The notes under the pieces were generated by a model that was not told the DNA's origin, searched no databases, and saw only the letters and a program-made list of their open reading frames with translations. DNA of 64,000 nucleotides from Octopus sinensis (taxonomy: Eukaryota). Positions 50,745 to 64,000 of the stretch are shown here, piece after piece (within the stretch, counting starts at the first letter, position 1; every line of letters starts with the position of its first letter). Location of the stretch: NCBI RefSeq assembly GCF_006345805.1, contig NC_043005.1:85188001-85252000 (forward strand), read 5' to 3'. A program made the position numbers and the translations under genes.

Positions 50745-51253
50745 CAGATGTAAATATAAGTGGCATCAGATGTGTGTAAGAAAGACAACTGCGCCGGTAT
50801 GGTCATGTGATGCATATGGATATAGACAGTTGTGTAAAGAAGTGCTGATCTCTAACTGTGAAGGGAACCTGTGGTAGAGGTAGACCCAGGAAGATATGGG
50901 ACGAGGTGGTGAAGCATGATCTTTGAACTTTAGGCCTCACAAAGGCAATGACCGGTGACCATGACCTTTGGCATTATGTCATGCTTGAGAAGAAACCCGT
51001 TAAGCCAAACAAAATCACAGTAGTTGCAGATACTTGTGTCACACAAATGGCACCCGTGCCTCTGGCACATAAAAGTACCCATTACACATTTGGAGTGGTT
51101 GGCATTAGGAAGGGCATCCAGCCATAGAAAACCATGCCAAATCAGATTGGAGTCTGGTGCAGCCTTCCAGCTTGCCAGCCCTGGTCAAACTGTCCAACCC
51201 ATGCCCGCATGGACAACGGACATTAAATGATGATGATGATGATGATGTTGATG
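50745..51253 (+). mobile_element. RTE LINE 3' fragment
   Basis: Degraded C-terminal coding sequence (GTCGRGRPRKIWDEVVKHDL), 3' UTR and (GAT)n tail. Confidence 0.85.
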
Positions 51254-51439
51254 ATCTATAATACATAAAAGGAGCCTGAAAGATTGCTTTAAGATACGTA
51301 GCACATTTTATAAATATGTCTGTTCAAGTACCATAATAGCATGAAACTATTAGCAGTTCTTTTAGTTGTGTATTTCATTTAACACACACACACACGTAAA
51401 TGGAGTGCAATGAATTCATTTGTTTCTCCAATACTACTA

Positions 51440-51799
51440 AATAGTAGTAGTAGTAGTAGTAGTACTAGTAGTACCAATAGTAGTAGTAATAGCAGTAGCA
51501 GTAGTACTAGTAGCCGTAGTAGTACTATTAGTAATAGTAGTACTAGTAGTAGTAGTAGTAGTAGTACCTGTACCAATTGTAGTAGCCCTAGTAGTAGTAT
51601 TAGCACCAATAGTAGTAGTAGCAGTAGTACCAATAGTAGTAGTACCATTACTAGTAGTAGTAGCAGTAATACCAATAGTATTAGTAGTACCAATGGTAGT
51701 AGTACCAGTACCAATAGTAGTAGTAGTAGTAGTAGCATTAGTACTACCAATAGTAGCAGTAGTAGTAGCAGAAGTACCTATAGTAGTAGTAGTAGTAGT

Positions 51800-51831
<32 letters not shown>

Positions 51832-51832
51832 A
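51440..51832. repeat. (AGT)n degenerate microsatellite
   Basis: Directly visible; gives the poly-Ser and poly-Leu ORFs. Confidence 0.95.
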
Positions 51833-52611
51833 GTGTTATCAATATCACCTTTAAAGAAATACCTTTCAACATTTCCCTGTAGAATCTCAGAATGAATTAA
51901 AATTGAGAAGGAGTTTGCATGCTCTGACTGATTTTTCATTTGGTAGCCTTTCGAAGGAGTCTTTGACAACTAATCTATCATTTTCCCATGAATGCCATTC
52001 AAATGATTAGCGCTGATGACTGGTTTCTTTCTTTTTTTCATTCTTGAAAATCTTTAATCAATGCCATTAGGACTCCTTAAATTGAAACTAATACCATGAG
52101 CCCCACCCCCTCTTCCTATGATTCAGAATTGATGTTAGGATGATGCTGATAGTACCTAGCATTGGCATAAAGCCACAGCACAGCAGAAAATTATATCCAC
52201 TGAAGCTACAGGACAATTATGTTCTTGTTCTACTGGTGGAGATTTTTAATTGTCAGAAGACCTGGGACTATATAGAGAAGAAGCTAGTTGGATAATATTA
52301 AATCTGTCAGTTGGTCATGGTTGGGAATACAGCCAAAGCGTCGAATGATGATTGTTTCCAACAAGACCCTAAGGAGAAGGTGCCTAAGAACTCTATGTTC
52401 ACAACCATCACAGCAATAACGGACAGAGAAGTTGGATGGAACCTGCTAAAAATAGCAGTGAACTCTGCCTCATATACACTGTAATGTCTTCAAAATAGGA
52501 ATGACACATCAGCTTACATTGCTTGAGATATTCATGAAAAAAAAAGTGATAGTCATGGTTGGTATGCATTGAATTCTAAGTCTGATTGTTCAGGTCTGAT
52601 TTGGAAACATA

Positions 52612-53822
52612 GTTTTACTTTTCTGACATAGATCCCCTTGAGGTCTACACACTTCTTCCATCAGTGTTGCAGTGTTTGGATCCCGTTGGTGAAGGAAACT
52701 TTCATTCTGTTGTGCAAAAAACCATCAACAGCAGACATGACATCGTCAGCACGGCAATACTGGATCCCAGCCAAGTGGTTTTTCATGTTAAGGAACAGAT
52801 GATAGTCAGATGGAGCCAAATCAGGAGAATAGGGAGGGTGAGTAAACAATTTAAAGCCACAGCCATTGAAAGTAAAGGACTTGTGTGCTGGAGCATTGTC
52901 CTGATGAAACAAGACCCTTTCATGAGTTTTCCTGGGTGTTTGGTGTTGGTAGCCTTTTGTAACTGCCTCAGCAAGTTGGAATAGTACTCTCCATTGATGG
53001 TGTGACCCTTTGAAGACAGTTATTAAACATAATACCTTTTGCAACCCGAAAACTGGAGACCATCACTTCTGCAAATGAAATGACCTTGGTCTTCTTTGGA
53101 GCAAGAGAGGAGGGGTGTTTCTACTGCATGGAGTGTTTCTTTGTCTCTGGTTCAAAGTGGTGAACCCAACACTCGTTTTGGGTTAGGAAATGTTCAAGGA
53201 AACAATCTAGTGCTGCCTCAAACCAGATTGAATTTTCTTGAGATGGGATTAGTTTGGTGCACTTTAGATCAAGTGTCAAAAGACATGGTACTCCCACCCC
53301 CCGAGCAGAAACCTTTGTCATGCCAAGTTCATTGTGCAGAATATTCACAACTCTCTCATAAGCTAATAACATTGGCTGTTTGATTTATAATCGATTGCCC
53401 GTCATCAATCACCATGTGGTGAACACAATCAATGTCTTCCTTGGTGGTGGAAGTTGCTGGACATCCATATCTTGGGTCATCTTCATCACTCTCTCTCTCT
53501 TCCCCTCCTACACTCAGCTGCCCCCTTTTTCATTGCTGATAAAGCTGGAACATCTCTCACCCTAAAGTAGCAACCATGACAGCATGAATGTCATTTTAGG
53601 GGCTAAAACCTTTTTCTGCAGCTACGAAATTTTATCCATTTTCTGGAGAAGTCGTTACTCGTTACATCTGAAGTCTTCTTTGAAAGAGTCAGACATCAGT
53701 TCTCACCTGAAGAGAAACAATTTGGCTATAAATAAGAAGGGTTGAAATGGATGCATGCAAAACCTCACAGTTCTAGCATCACTTCTTCATAGCCACCCTA
53801 TAAACGTTTCAGCCCACCCTCA
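52612..53822 (-). mobile_element. Degraded mariner transposon
   Basis: LHNELGMTKVSAR, CWVHHFEPETK, FHQDNAPAH, HPPYSPDLAPSDYHLF; frameshifted. Confidence 0.9.
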
Positions 53823-53841
53823 TGTATATGTGAGTGGTGTG

Positions 53842-53892
<51 letters not shown>

Positions 53893-53900
53893 TTTATGTA

Positions 53901-53933
<33 letters not shown>

Positions 53934-53979
53934 GCTGTATGTATATATTATATATATATATATATATGTGTATATATAT

Positions 53980-54025
<46 letters not shown>

Positions 54026-54353
54026 TTATGTATGTATATATGTATATATATATGTAATATATATATATATGTTCTATATAATATATAATATATATGTATG
54101 TATGTATATATGTATATATATATGTGTATATATATATATATGTATGTATGTATGTATATATGTATATATATATGTATAATAATAAATATTAGGGAATAAA
54201 TCCAAATTTACAGGGAAAATCAGATTTAGGATTGAATCCAATTTTATAGTAAAATATTATTAGTAAAATATTATATAGTAAAATATATATGTATATATAT
54301 ATATATGTATTATATATGGTGTGTATATATATATATATAATATATTATATATT

Positions 54354-54390
<37 letters not shown>

Positions 54391-54431
54391 GTATGTATGT
54401 ATGTATATATGTATATATATATATGTATATA

Positions 54432-54464
<33 letters not shown>

Positions 54465-54483
54465 ATATGTATATATATAAATG

Positions 54484-54514
<31 letters not shown>

Positions 54515-54826
54515 ATATGTATATATATATAGTATATATAATATATATTATGTATTATATATATATATATATATATATACTATATAATATAATATATGAT
54601 GCTGTGACCCTTTGAAGTTAGTCATTCGCCATGATAGATGCCTAGCTACTAACCTTTTGTTTCATTTTCTCTCTCTGCTTATTTCTATGTTCCTTTCTAT
54701 TGAAGAGTGTGGGTTCAAAATTAAAAAGACTTTCTCACTTCCTGAGTATTAAACTAATACATCTGTTTGTTGTCTACACACCTGTCTTCGTCTTTTGTTT
54801 TGCTTTTTATAAATCCCAACTATATA

Positions 54827-54929
<103 letters not shown>

Positions 54930-55429
54930 TATGTGTGTGTGTATATATAGTCCCCAAATTGAACAAGAATATAAATAACGGATGACAATGGAAACATACG
55001 GCCAGATGGATGATACAAAGACACAAGAAAACCAGAACAGGACACTCATGATTTTCTATTCATCAGTCAAGCTGCCAATTATCACTACAGTTTTGGCCTG
55101 TTACACTTGAAGAAGAAGACCTATCAAACCAAGCAAAACTGCAGTTGTGCAGATACAGGCATTAGGCAAATTGGCACCTGTGCTAGTCACATGTAATCAC
55201 ACCCTGGTGTCATGCAAATGGCTCATAAAAAGCACCCATTACATTCTCGGAGCAGTAGGTGTCAAGAAGGGCATCCAAGCATAGAAACCATGCCAAATCA
55301 AACTGAAGTCTGGTGCAGCCTTCCAGTTTGCCAGCTCAGTCAAACCATCCAACCCATACCAGCATGGACAACAGACGTTAAATGATGATGATGATGATAA
55401 ATATATATTTATATATATATACACACCTT

Positions 55430-55461
<32 letters not shown>

Positions 55462-55472
55462 TTTATATATAT

Positions 55473-55503
<31 letters not shown>

Positions 55504-55866
55504 TATATATATATATACATATACACATACACACATAATCATCATCATCATTTAATGTCCATAAACTATACTGGCATGGGTTGGAGACTTTCACAGGAGC
55601 TGATGGATAATAAAAGAACCACACCATGCTCTAGTGTCTGCTTTGACATTGTTTCTACTGTTGGATGCCCTTCCTAATACCAACCACTTTACAGAGTGGA
55701 CTGGGTGCTGAATTTTCTCAAGCCACCAGCACAAGGGAGGTCGCCATGTAGCTGGCAAGGCTATGAAACCTGTGATGGAGGCAGTAACAGCCTTATGTGA
55801 GGAGATGAAGGATTTAAGTATGAAAAAGTTATGTGAGGGACACACACACACATGCACACACGTATA

Positions 55867-55906
<40 letters not shown>

Positions 55907-56426
55907 TCAAGGTTGACGTACGTTAGAATATCTACACACTCAACTAAATTCCTTCTAGAGTGCTACACCAGCAGAAAAAAGACAGGTCATAATTCCTAAT
56001 TAGATATTTTAAAAAAATCATTATCAAATTGATAAATTTGACTCTTTTGAGGTTAATTTAATAACATATAATCCTTCTTTTCAAGAAATAAACAAAATTT
56101 AACAAAAACTCAAAAGTATTCATTGGAGATGAAAATGCAATTGAATGGAATTGAATTAAGCTTCCAGAAATTAAAGGAAATACCTTGAGAGTCTTCATGT
56201 TTTTCAAGTTATCTTGGAAACCTGTAAAAGACTTCTGCAGCAGAAGCAACATTAAAATTAAATGTAAATGGGTAAGTAGTAAGTTTGTTAAGGCAAAAAA
56301 AAAGAAATAATGTAATTGTTAAAAAAGAAACAAGAATTAGTTTCTTGTTTATGAGCGCTAAATAAGAAAGCATGCACGTATGCTTAAATAGATATACATA
56401 TATCTACATACATACATATATATATA

Positions 56427-56515
<89 letters not shown>

Positions 56516-56734
56516 GTGTGTGAGTGTATACATATCTTGTAAGCAAGGATCACTCACACCCACACACTGATAGCCAGACAAATGAATAGTGTATATATAT
56601 GATTTTTCTATGTATTCTGTTGTGTCTGGGGAGAGTCATTCTCTTTTGGTGCCTTATAATTTAACACACTCACCGGTAAAATTTCTAATTATTTCTTTTC
56701 TTTAAAATTTTTCTAAAATTTTCATTGTATGTTT

Positions 56735-57127
56735 ATCTTTTACTCTTTTATACTCTTACTTGTTTCAGTCATTTGACTGCTGCCATGCTGGAGCACCACC
56801 TTTTAGTCAAGGAAATCGACCCCAGGACTTATTCTTTGTAAGCCTAGTACTTATTCTATCAGTCTCTTTTTTGCCAAACGGCTAAGTTACGGGGACGTAA
56901 ACACACCAGCATCACATGTCAAGCAATGTTGGTGGGGACAAACACAGACCCACAAACACACACAAACACATATATATATATATACATATACGACAGGCTT
57001 CTTTCAGTTTCCATGTACCAAATCCACTCACAAGGCTTTTGTCGGCCCAAGGCTATGGTAGAAGACACTTGCCCCAGGTGCCACGCAGTGGGACTGAACT
57101 CAGAACCATGTGGTTGGTAAACAAGCT
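56735..57127 (-). mobile_element. SINE family A, near full length
   Basis: Same architecture as 31035-31432. Confidence 0.85.
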
Positions 57128-57299
57128 ATGTTTATCTTTTTTAAATCACTCTTTTACATATCACCGACACAGTCCAGTCCAGTCACAGGTTCCTTTAAAA
57201 TTACATAAAAATTTAATTCTACTTCAAGTTTTATGTTCTTTAATGCTTAACATTTTTCTGTGTTATATAATAACATCATTTATTCTTTCTCTCTCTCTT

Positions 57300-57331
<32 letters not shown>

Positions 57332-57399
57332 AATAAGTGTGTGTGTGTGTTTTGTGGGTGTTAGTAGGTGTGTGTCTATTTATGTATGTGTAGTTAAGA

Positions 57400-57720
57400 T
57401 ACTGGTGCTGGTGACATGTTAAAAGCACCATCCAAACATGGCAGATGTCAGCGCCACTTGACTGGCATCCGTGTCGGTGATATGTAAAAGCACCAACTGA
57501 TTGTGAGCGTTTGCCAGCCTCCTCTGGCCCCTGTGCCAGTGGAATGTAAAAAGCACCCACTACACTCACGGAGTGGTTGGCTTTAGGAAGAGCATCCAGC
57601 TGTAGAAACACTGCCAGTTCAGACTGGAGCCTTGTGCAGCCTCCTGGCTTCCCAGACCCCAATTGAACCGTCCAACCCATGCTAGCATGAAAAACGGACG
57701 TTAAATGATGATGATGATGA
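57400..57720 (+). mobile_element. RTE 3' UTR fragment
   Basis: Conserved 3' end and (GAT)n tail, tail-to-tail with the SINE at 57721-58155. Confidence 0.85.
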
Positions 57721-58264
57721 TCATCATCATCATTTCAACATCTGCCTTTTCCTGCTCGCAAGGGTCAGAAAAACCTTGTTGAGGCAGGTTTTCTATAGCT
57801 GGATGCCCTTCCTGTCACCAACCCTCACTTGTTTCCAAGCCAGGGGATCAGACGTTTTCACAAAGGGCAGGGAATGAAGGACATACCTAGCATGGCAGTG
57901 ACCCATGCTTACCACCGTCCTGTGATGTCAAAGCAAAGAAACAGTAACACAAAGACACGCACACACATGAATGACCATACATATATACAATCGCCTTCTG
58001 TTATTTACCCTCATCAAAGTCCAGTCACAGGTTCCTTTGTTTGTTCCTGGACTTTAGAAAAAGAAACTTGCCCAAGGAATGATGCAGTAAGACTGAACCA
58101 AAAACCATTTGGTTAGGAAGCAAACTTCTTAACCACACAACCATATCTGTGCCTACACACACACGTCACACATACACATGCATGACGCATATGCACACAC
58201 ACGTCACACATATGCACACACACACACACACACACATATATACACACACGAATATATACACACA

Positions 58265-58646
58265 CTAGCAGTATCGCCCGGCGTTGCTCAGGTTTGTAAG
58301 GGAAATAACTATAAAGCATTTTTAGAGAGTTATAGCCAAAAAATAGCAAAAAAATGGAAAAAAATGATGGTAAATTTTTTTTTAGTTAAAAAAGGTGGAG
58401 TTGCGTCCCCTAGACAGTTTACGGTTTGTGTTTCTGATTCTCGACCCCATGTCGAATTTATCGATTTTTTTCAGAACTGGGGGAACTTTTCAAAATTTTC
58501 GCTGCGTTAGTTTTGAATTATGACATTGGGCTATGTGTGTGTCAAGTTTCATCAGAATCGGTTGAAAGCTGTGGTCAGGGTGAGGGTACAAGCAAACAGA
58601 CACACAGAAACACGCACAGACAAACTGCCGTTTATATAGAGAGAGA
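58265..58646 (-). mobile_element. Non-autonomous Helitron sharing its 3' end with 12885-13388
   Basis: ctagcagtatcgcccggcgttgctc.ggtttgtaagggaaa is the reverse complement of 13345-13388; the 5' TC end is at 58645-58646. Confidence 0.85.
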
Positions 58647-59182
58647 TTATATATAAACAAACACTATGTACATATATATACGCATATAGATACATATAAA
58701 CATGCACATACATATACACACACATAGTACGTATGTGTATACATGGGCATATACATTTCCACACATACTTGAAGGCATATAAACATACATATATATATTT
58801 GTGTATATCCATACATGTAATACATGTATACATTTGTATGTGTGTGTATATATATATATATACATATATGTATGTATGTAAGTATGTATATATATGTATA
58901 TATATATATATATGATAATGATAATAATGATAATAATGATAATAATGATAATAATAATGATAATAATAATAATCATCATCATCATCATCATCATTTAACG
59001 TCCGCTTTCCATGCTAGCATGGGTTGGACGGTTCAACTGGGGTCTGGGGAGCCCGAAAGCTGCACCAGTCCAGTCAGATCTGGCAGTGTTTCTACAGCTG
59101 GATGCCCTTCCTAACGCCAACCACTCCGAGAGTGTAGTGGGTCATTTTATGTGCCACCGACACAGGTGCCAGACGAGGCTGG

Positions 59183-59235
<53 letters not shown>

Positions 59236-59236
59236 G

Positions 59237-59279
<43 letters not shown>

Positions 59280-60002
59280 ATATATTATATATATATATAT
59301 ATTTATATACATGCATATAGGCACTTAAATACTCCATATACATATATAAGTCGTAAATCTTTCAACTTTCAAATATTTACTCGGAAAACACATTGTTTAC
59401 AAAGGTATATTGATAAAAATTGCACATATAAATACATACACACAGAAATAATCATAAACTTGCATATGAAATCCTAAGAAAGAATCAGCAGAAAATACAG
59501 GGGAAAAACAAAACTAAACAAAAAACAATAAAAAAAAAGAACAAAAGACAAACCAAGCCAAAACAATGTTTATTTAACAAATAGAATTTAATAGAAGAAA
59601 AAAATTCCTCTATTTCCATGGAAAAATCTAAAATATGTATTTACAATAATATAATGTTATTCAAAGTGGTTCATATAAGCAATGTTTCATTTGGAAAGTT
59701 ATAATTTGGGGGGATGAGGTGGTGGGGGGAATCTATGGGAATAAATATGAGGAAGCAAGACAAAACTATGTTAAAAGTTTAGGAATAGAAATTCTCAGAG
59801 TTTATTGATATGTGCTTGAAATATGTGTTTGAGTGTTTGCAGGCTTATTTAAAAAATTGTTTTTTGGTTTTTATTTTGTGTGTTAGTAAGAATTTTTCTT
59901 ATCTATTTCTGTGTCTGTGGTGTAGAGAGTAGATAAATGGTGAAATTGTTCCATACCTATTTCTTTACTACCCACAAGGGGCTAAACACAGAGGGGACAA
60001 AC

Positions 60003-60248
60003 AAGGACAGACATAGGTATTAAGTCGATTACATCGACTCCAGTGCGTAACTGGTACTTAATTTATCGACCCCGAAAGGATGAAAGGCACAGTCGACCTT
60101 GGTGTCGACTTTGCCTTTCACCCGAAAAGATGAACGGCAAAGTCGACGCCAAGGTCGACTTTGCCTTTCATCCTTTCGGGGTTGATAAATTAAGTACCAG
60201 TTACGCACTGGGGTCGATGTAATCGACTTAATACCTATGTCTGTCCTT
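60003..60248. repeat. Palindrome built from SINE family B, arms of about 118 bp with a nested inversion
   Basis: 60003-60120 vs 60131-60248; the gtcgactttgcctttca motif occurs four times in alternating orientation. Confidence 0.9.
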
Positions 60249-60464
60249 ACCACAGCTTCAGTTGCAATTTGATTCCTTAATTCGTTTTGTTGTCCATATT
60301 TCTCTTCTTTGCAATTTGTAATAGTGTTATCATTTTCATTCCATCACAAGATGAATAAACAAAGAAACAGCTGTAATTTAATGAAGCTGATTACGTAATG
60401 ATACCTCTTTCCTTGTCATTCATTAATGAATATCATATTCTGTACTCACCTCTTACTTCACTCT

Positions 60465-61235
60465 AGACAGAGTGTAAGCACCCTGAGAGAAGAGTTGGAC
60501 TTTAGAAGCATCAGATGTGGTGTGCGAGAGAGATGGCTATGCTAGTATAGTCATGTGTTGCGAAAGGATGAGTACAGCTGTGTGAAAAAGTGTCACACTC
60601 TCGCAGTTGAGGGAACCTGTGGAAGAATTACACCCAGGAAGACCTGAGATGAGTGATGAAGTATGACTTTCGAACATTGGGCCTCATCGAGGTAATGACA
60701 AGTGACTGAGACCTTTGGAGATATGCTGTGCTAGAAAAGACCTGAAAAACCAAGTGAAGCCATAACCATAGCCTGTGCCAGTGCTGTATAACCAGCCCAT
60801 TTAATAGTAACCTTTAATCATTGGACAATAAACTATGCTTGTGAGGACCTGTTGAGGCAAGTGAAATTGCTGTCATGGCCGATGGCAGTACTGCCTGATT
60901 GGCATCTGTGCCACTGGAACGCTAAAAGCACCATTTGAGCATGATCATTGCCAGGGCCACTGACTGGCTCCAGTGCCAATGGCACATAAAAAAGCACCAC
61001 TTGAGTGTGACCAATGCCAGTACTGCCTGACTGGCCCTCATGCTGGTGGCATGTAAAAGCACCCACTACACTCTCGGAGTGGTTGGTGTTAGGAAGGGCA
61101 CCCAGCTGTGGAAACTTTGCTAGATAAGATTGGAGCCTGGTGCAGCCTTCTGGATTGCCAGCCCTCAGTCAAACCGTCCAACCCATGCCAGCATGGAAAG
61201 CGGGCGTTAAACGATGATGATGATGATGATGATGA
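60465..61235 (+). mobile_element. RTE LINE 3' fragment; a further coding remnant at about 61290-61455
   Basis: LREELDFRSIRCGVRER-like coding remnant, 3' UTR tandem units, (GAT)n tail. Confidence 0.85.
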
Positions 61236-62053
61236 TTAAATTCTAACAGCTGGTTACTGGTATCACTAAGCCTAAGGGAAATCATTATATAAAGATGTGC
61301 CTGTCACTGAGAGAAGATGGTACCTGTGGAAGAGGGAGCCCCAGGAAGACATAGGATGAGTGGTGAGGATTGATCTTAAGATGTTGGGGCTCATGGAGGA
61401 AATGACTGTGGACTGAGATGCTTGGCGATATGATGTGCTAGAGAAGACCCACTCACATCAGCGAAACTGAGTGCTAGAAGAGTTGTGTCCTACCCACATG
61501 GAACAACAAATTTTACACACACCCTACCTCCAAGAAACTGAACTACATCTCTTCTAAACAGCTTCTTTGTCTTCCTCATTTCCTCTTCATAAACTATGAT
61601 TGTCTTCCAATCCCCCCTTTCCTGCCCCTCACTGCTCAGGTTTATGCTAGTTGCTGCAATCCCTACTCCTTACTTGCACCTGCTTGGCAACACCTGACCA
61701 CCTATATTACAACCTTTGTACCGCTCTATGCTCTGATCCTTGTTACTTGTGAGTTACTTAGTGACCCTGCCAGTAATGGTGCCATGTAAAAGCACCCAGT
61801 CCACACTGTAAAGTGGTTGGCATTTGAAAGGGCATCTGGCTGTAAAAGTCATGCCAAAATTGACCTCACCTGTGCTAGTGCCACATAAAAAGCACTGAAT
61901 CCACTCCACAGAATGGTTGGTGTTAGGAAAGGCATCCAGCCATAAAATCCCTACCAAAACAGACACAGTAGCCTAGGGTGAACCGTCCTACCAATGCATG
62001 CATGGAAGATGGACGTTAAACGATGTTGATGATGATAATACATATGTAATTAT

Positions 62054-62116
<63 letters not shown>

Positions 62117-62245
62117 AACACACACATACACACACTGGTGATGTATAGCATTTATAATGTGTATATAAATGTTCAACGCCAACAGCTGTAATATTTGGTC
62201 TCAGAGAAACACTTCAAAGTGGCTTGCTTGTTAAAAACACAGGGC

Positions 62246-62297
62246 TTCATACAGAACGCCAGTGTTTCGACCTGCTTTGGTCTCCTCAGTGTTGAAT
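62246..62297 (-). ncRNA. Partly decayed type I hammerhead motif
   Basis: Reverse complement: ttcaaca-CTGAGGA-gacc aaagca ggtc-GAAA-ca ctggcgttc tg-TA-tgaa. Core and stem II are perfect; stem I is short. Confidence 0.55.
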
Positions 62298-62854
62298 ATC
62301 TCAGACAACTTGAGCTACACTGAAAATGCTTATTGCAGTACAGAAATTGGTGGCGAAAACATTTACTGATTTGTGCAAAGGCTAATCAAGCCACTGTAAA
62401 TTAGTATAATACTAGCCTTTATTTCCAATAGTTTATGCTTTTCGTTTCTAATAGACTCTGGCCATGTTTATCATATTGCTCTGCTATTAGCAGATGAGTT
62501 ATGGTCTTATGATCCAGTATTTCTCAACTCTGCTGTTTCTCTACCATTTCTCTTTTGGATATCTTGATACAACTTACACAGGGTCTTCAGCATTTGTTAG
62601 TCTGGCTTGGATGCGCTAAATCAAGTTGTAACTAATATGTTGGTACATATTCTGCGAGTGGAAAGTAAAAACTTAGCAACAAAATATGTCTAGACTCAAG
62701 ACATGTTCTGTCTAAATTTAGTGAGATAGAGTCAACCATTATTTATGATATATTTAGACTCAAGACATGTTACATCCAAATTTAGAGAAGCTGCAGTTTA
62801 AAATATTATGTACACCAAGTTTGATTGACTTACAAATTGATTGACTTATAAATA

Positions 62855-63045
62855 TAGTGAGAATTTACAAAAAAGAAAAAAAAAAGACGAAGACGATGTG
62901 TAAACAACAAACAAATATATTAGTTTAACGCTCAGGAAGTAAGAAAGTCTTTCACGTTTCGAGCCTAAGCTCTTCAACAGAAAGGAACATGAGAAATAAA
63001 CAGGGAGAGAAAATAGAAAAAGGTTTAGTGGATAGTGATCTATCT
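62855..63045 (-). mobile_element. Short TA-associated repeat family with a hammerhead-like core; other copies at about 28155-28335(-), 54640-54820(+) and 16100-16195(+, partial)
   Basis: Shared sequence ctttctg-YTGAAGA-gc.tagGCTC-GAAA-cg-T(A/G)-aaagactttctcacttcctgagcgttaaactaatac...tcttcgtcttttg, ending at or near (TA)n. Confidence 0.6.
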
Positions 63046-63147
63046 ATAGATATAGATATATATATATATACATACATATAAACATACATACATATATGTA
63101 TATTTATATATATATAAAATTTTTATATACATATATATATATAAAAT

Positions 63148-63512
63148 TTTTTTGCGTAATGAGATTAGAAACTGCTTTCAGCTGACGAAAATGACACTCG
63201 GGTTTCAGTTGCACAAGGACCTCTAGATGGTGTTGAGGAGGATGAAAACTTTTTGAAAACCCTACGTTTGTCTCTGAGCAGGAATTACCAAGCTTTTGGC
63301 AAAATTTTATGCAGATTCTCTGCTTAATTTTTTCTGTTATGGTCACTGCAACAAGCACACACTACACACCTTTCTTCCAAGCACTGCTGTAGGCAACGGA
63401 AGTGGGCTAGAACATTAAAACTGAGTGCACATGCACAGCAGAGTTTAAGGTCAATCTGTGCCAAGCAGCTTCATTCTGTATGCGTTAACTTTGTTACTAT
63501 GGCAACAATCCG
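63148..63512 (-). mobile_element. Mariner-derived deletion element
   Basis: QRICIKFCQKLGNSCSET is typical of the N-terminal HTH of mariner transposases. Confidence 0.6.
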
Positions 63513-64000
63513 TATATGTGTGCAGGTGTGTGTGTATGTGTGCAGGTGTGTGTGTATGTGTGTGTGTGTTTGTATCTTTATTTGTCCCCCGCCAACAATT
63601 GACAACTGGCATTGGTGTGTTTACTTCCCTGTCACTTAGCAGTTCACCAAATAAAGACTGATAGAACAAGTACCAGGCTTAACAGAAAGAAATAAATCCT
63701 GGGATCAATTCATTCAACTAAAATTCTTCAAGCTGCTGCTCCAGTATGGCCACAGTATAATGATGTAAACAAGCAAAAAATAGCTTCACATAACATTCTT
63801 ATATCTTAAAATGGTAAAAGACAGCAAGCTGGCAGAATCATTAGCATGCTGGGCGAAATGCTTAGCGATATTTCGTCTGCCTTTACATTCTGAGTTCAAA
63901 TTCTGCTGAGGTCAACTTTTGCCTTTCATCCTTCCAGGGTCAATAAATTAAGTACCAGTTACGCACTGGGGTCGATCTAACTGACTTAATCCCTTTGTCT

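Overview
AT-rich eukaryotic non-coding DNA, made almost entirely of transposable-element copies and microsatellites. It is most likely a coleoid cephalopod such as Octopus; that is inferred from repeat style and SINE types, not from a database search. No host protein-coding gene, functional tRNA or rRNA can be supported, and most ORFs in the track are translated microsatellites. The one intact coding region is a young, 5'-truncated Penelope-like retroelement (RT plus GIY-YIG, with a CX4CX2C linker) at 47401-50660, which has a 1.16-kb inverted copy of its own 3' half at the 5' end. The rest comprises RTE LINE 3' fragments with (GAT)n tails, R4/Dong-type LINE fragments in (TAA)n, three tRNA-headed SINE families, Tc1/mariner relics and MITEs, and non-autonomous Helitrons. 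The most notable signals are at the RNA level: about ten type I hammerhead ribozyme motifs of several distinct sequence types, one of them inside a tRNA-headed SINE (8488-8784) and two forming a head-to-head palindrome (45368-45498); an HDV-like pseudoknot candidate at an RTE 5' end (32921-32975); a PHD-finger remnant inside an RTE reverse transcriptase; and several long fold-back palindromes. All structures were read by eye, and boundaries of degraded elements are approximate.
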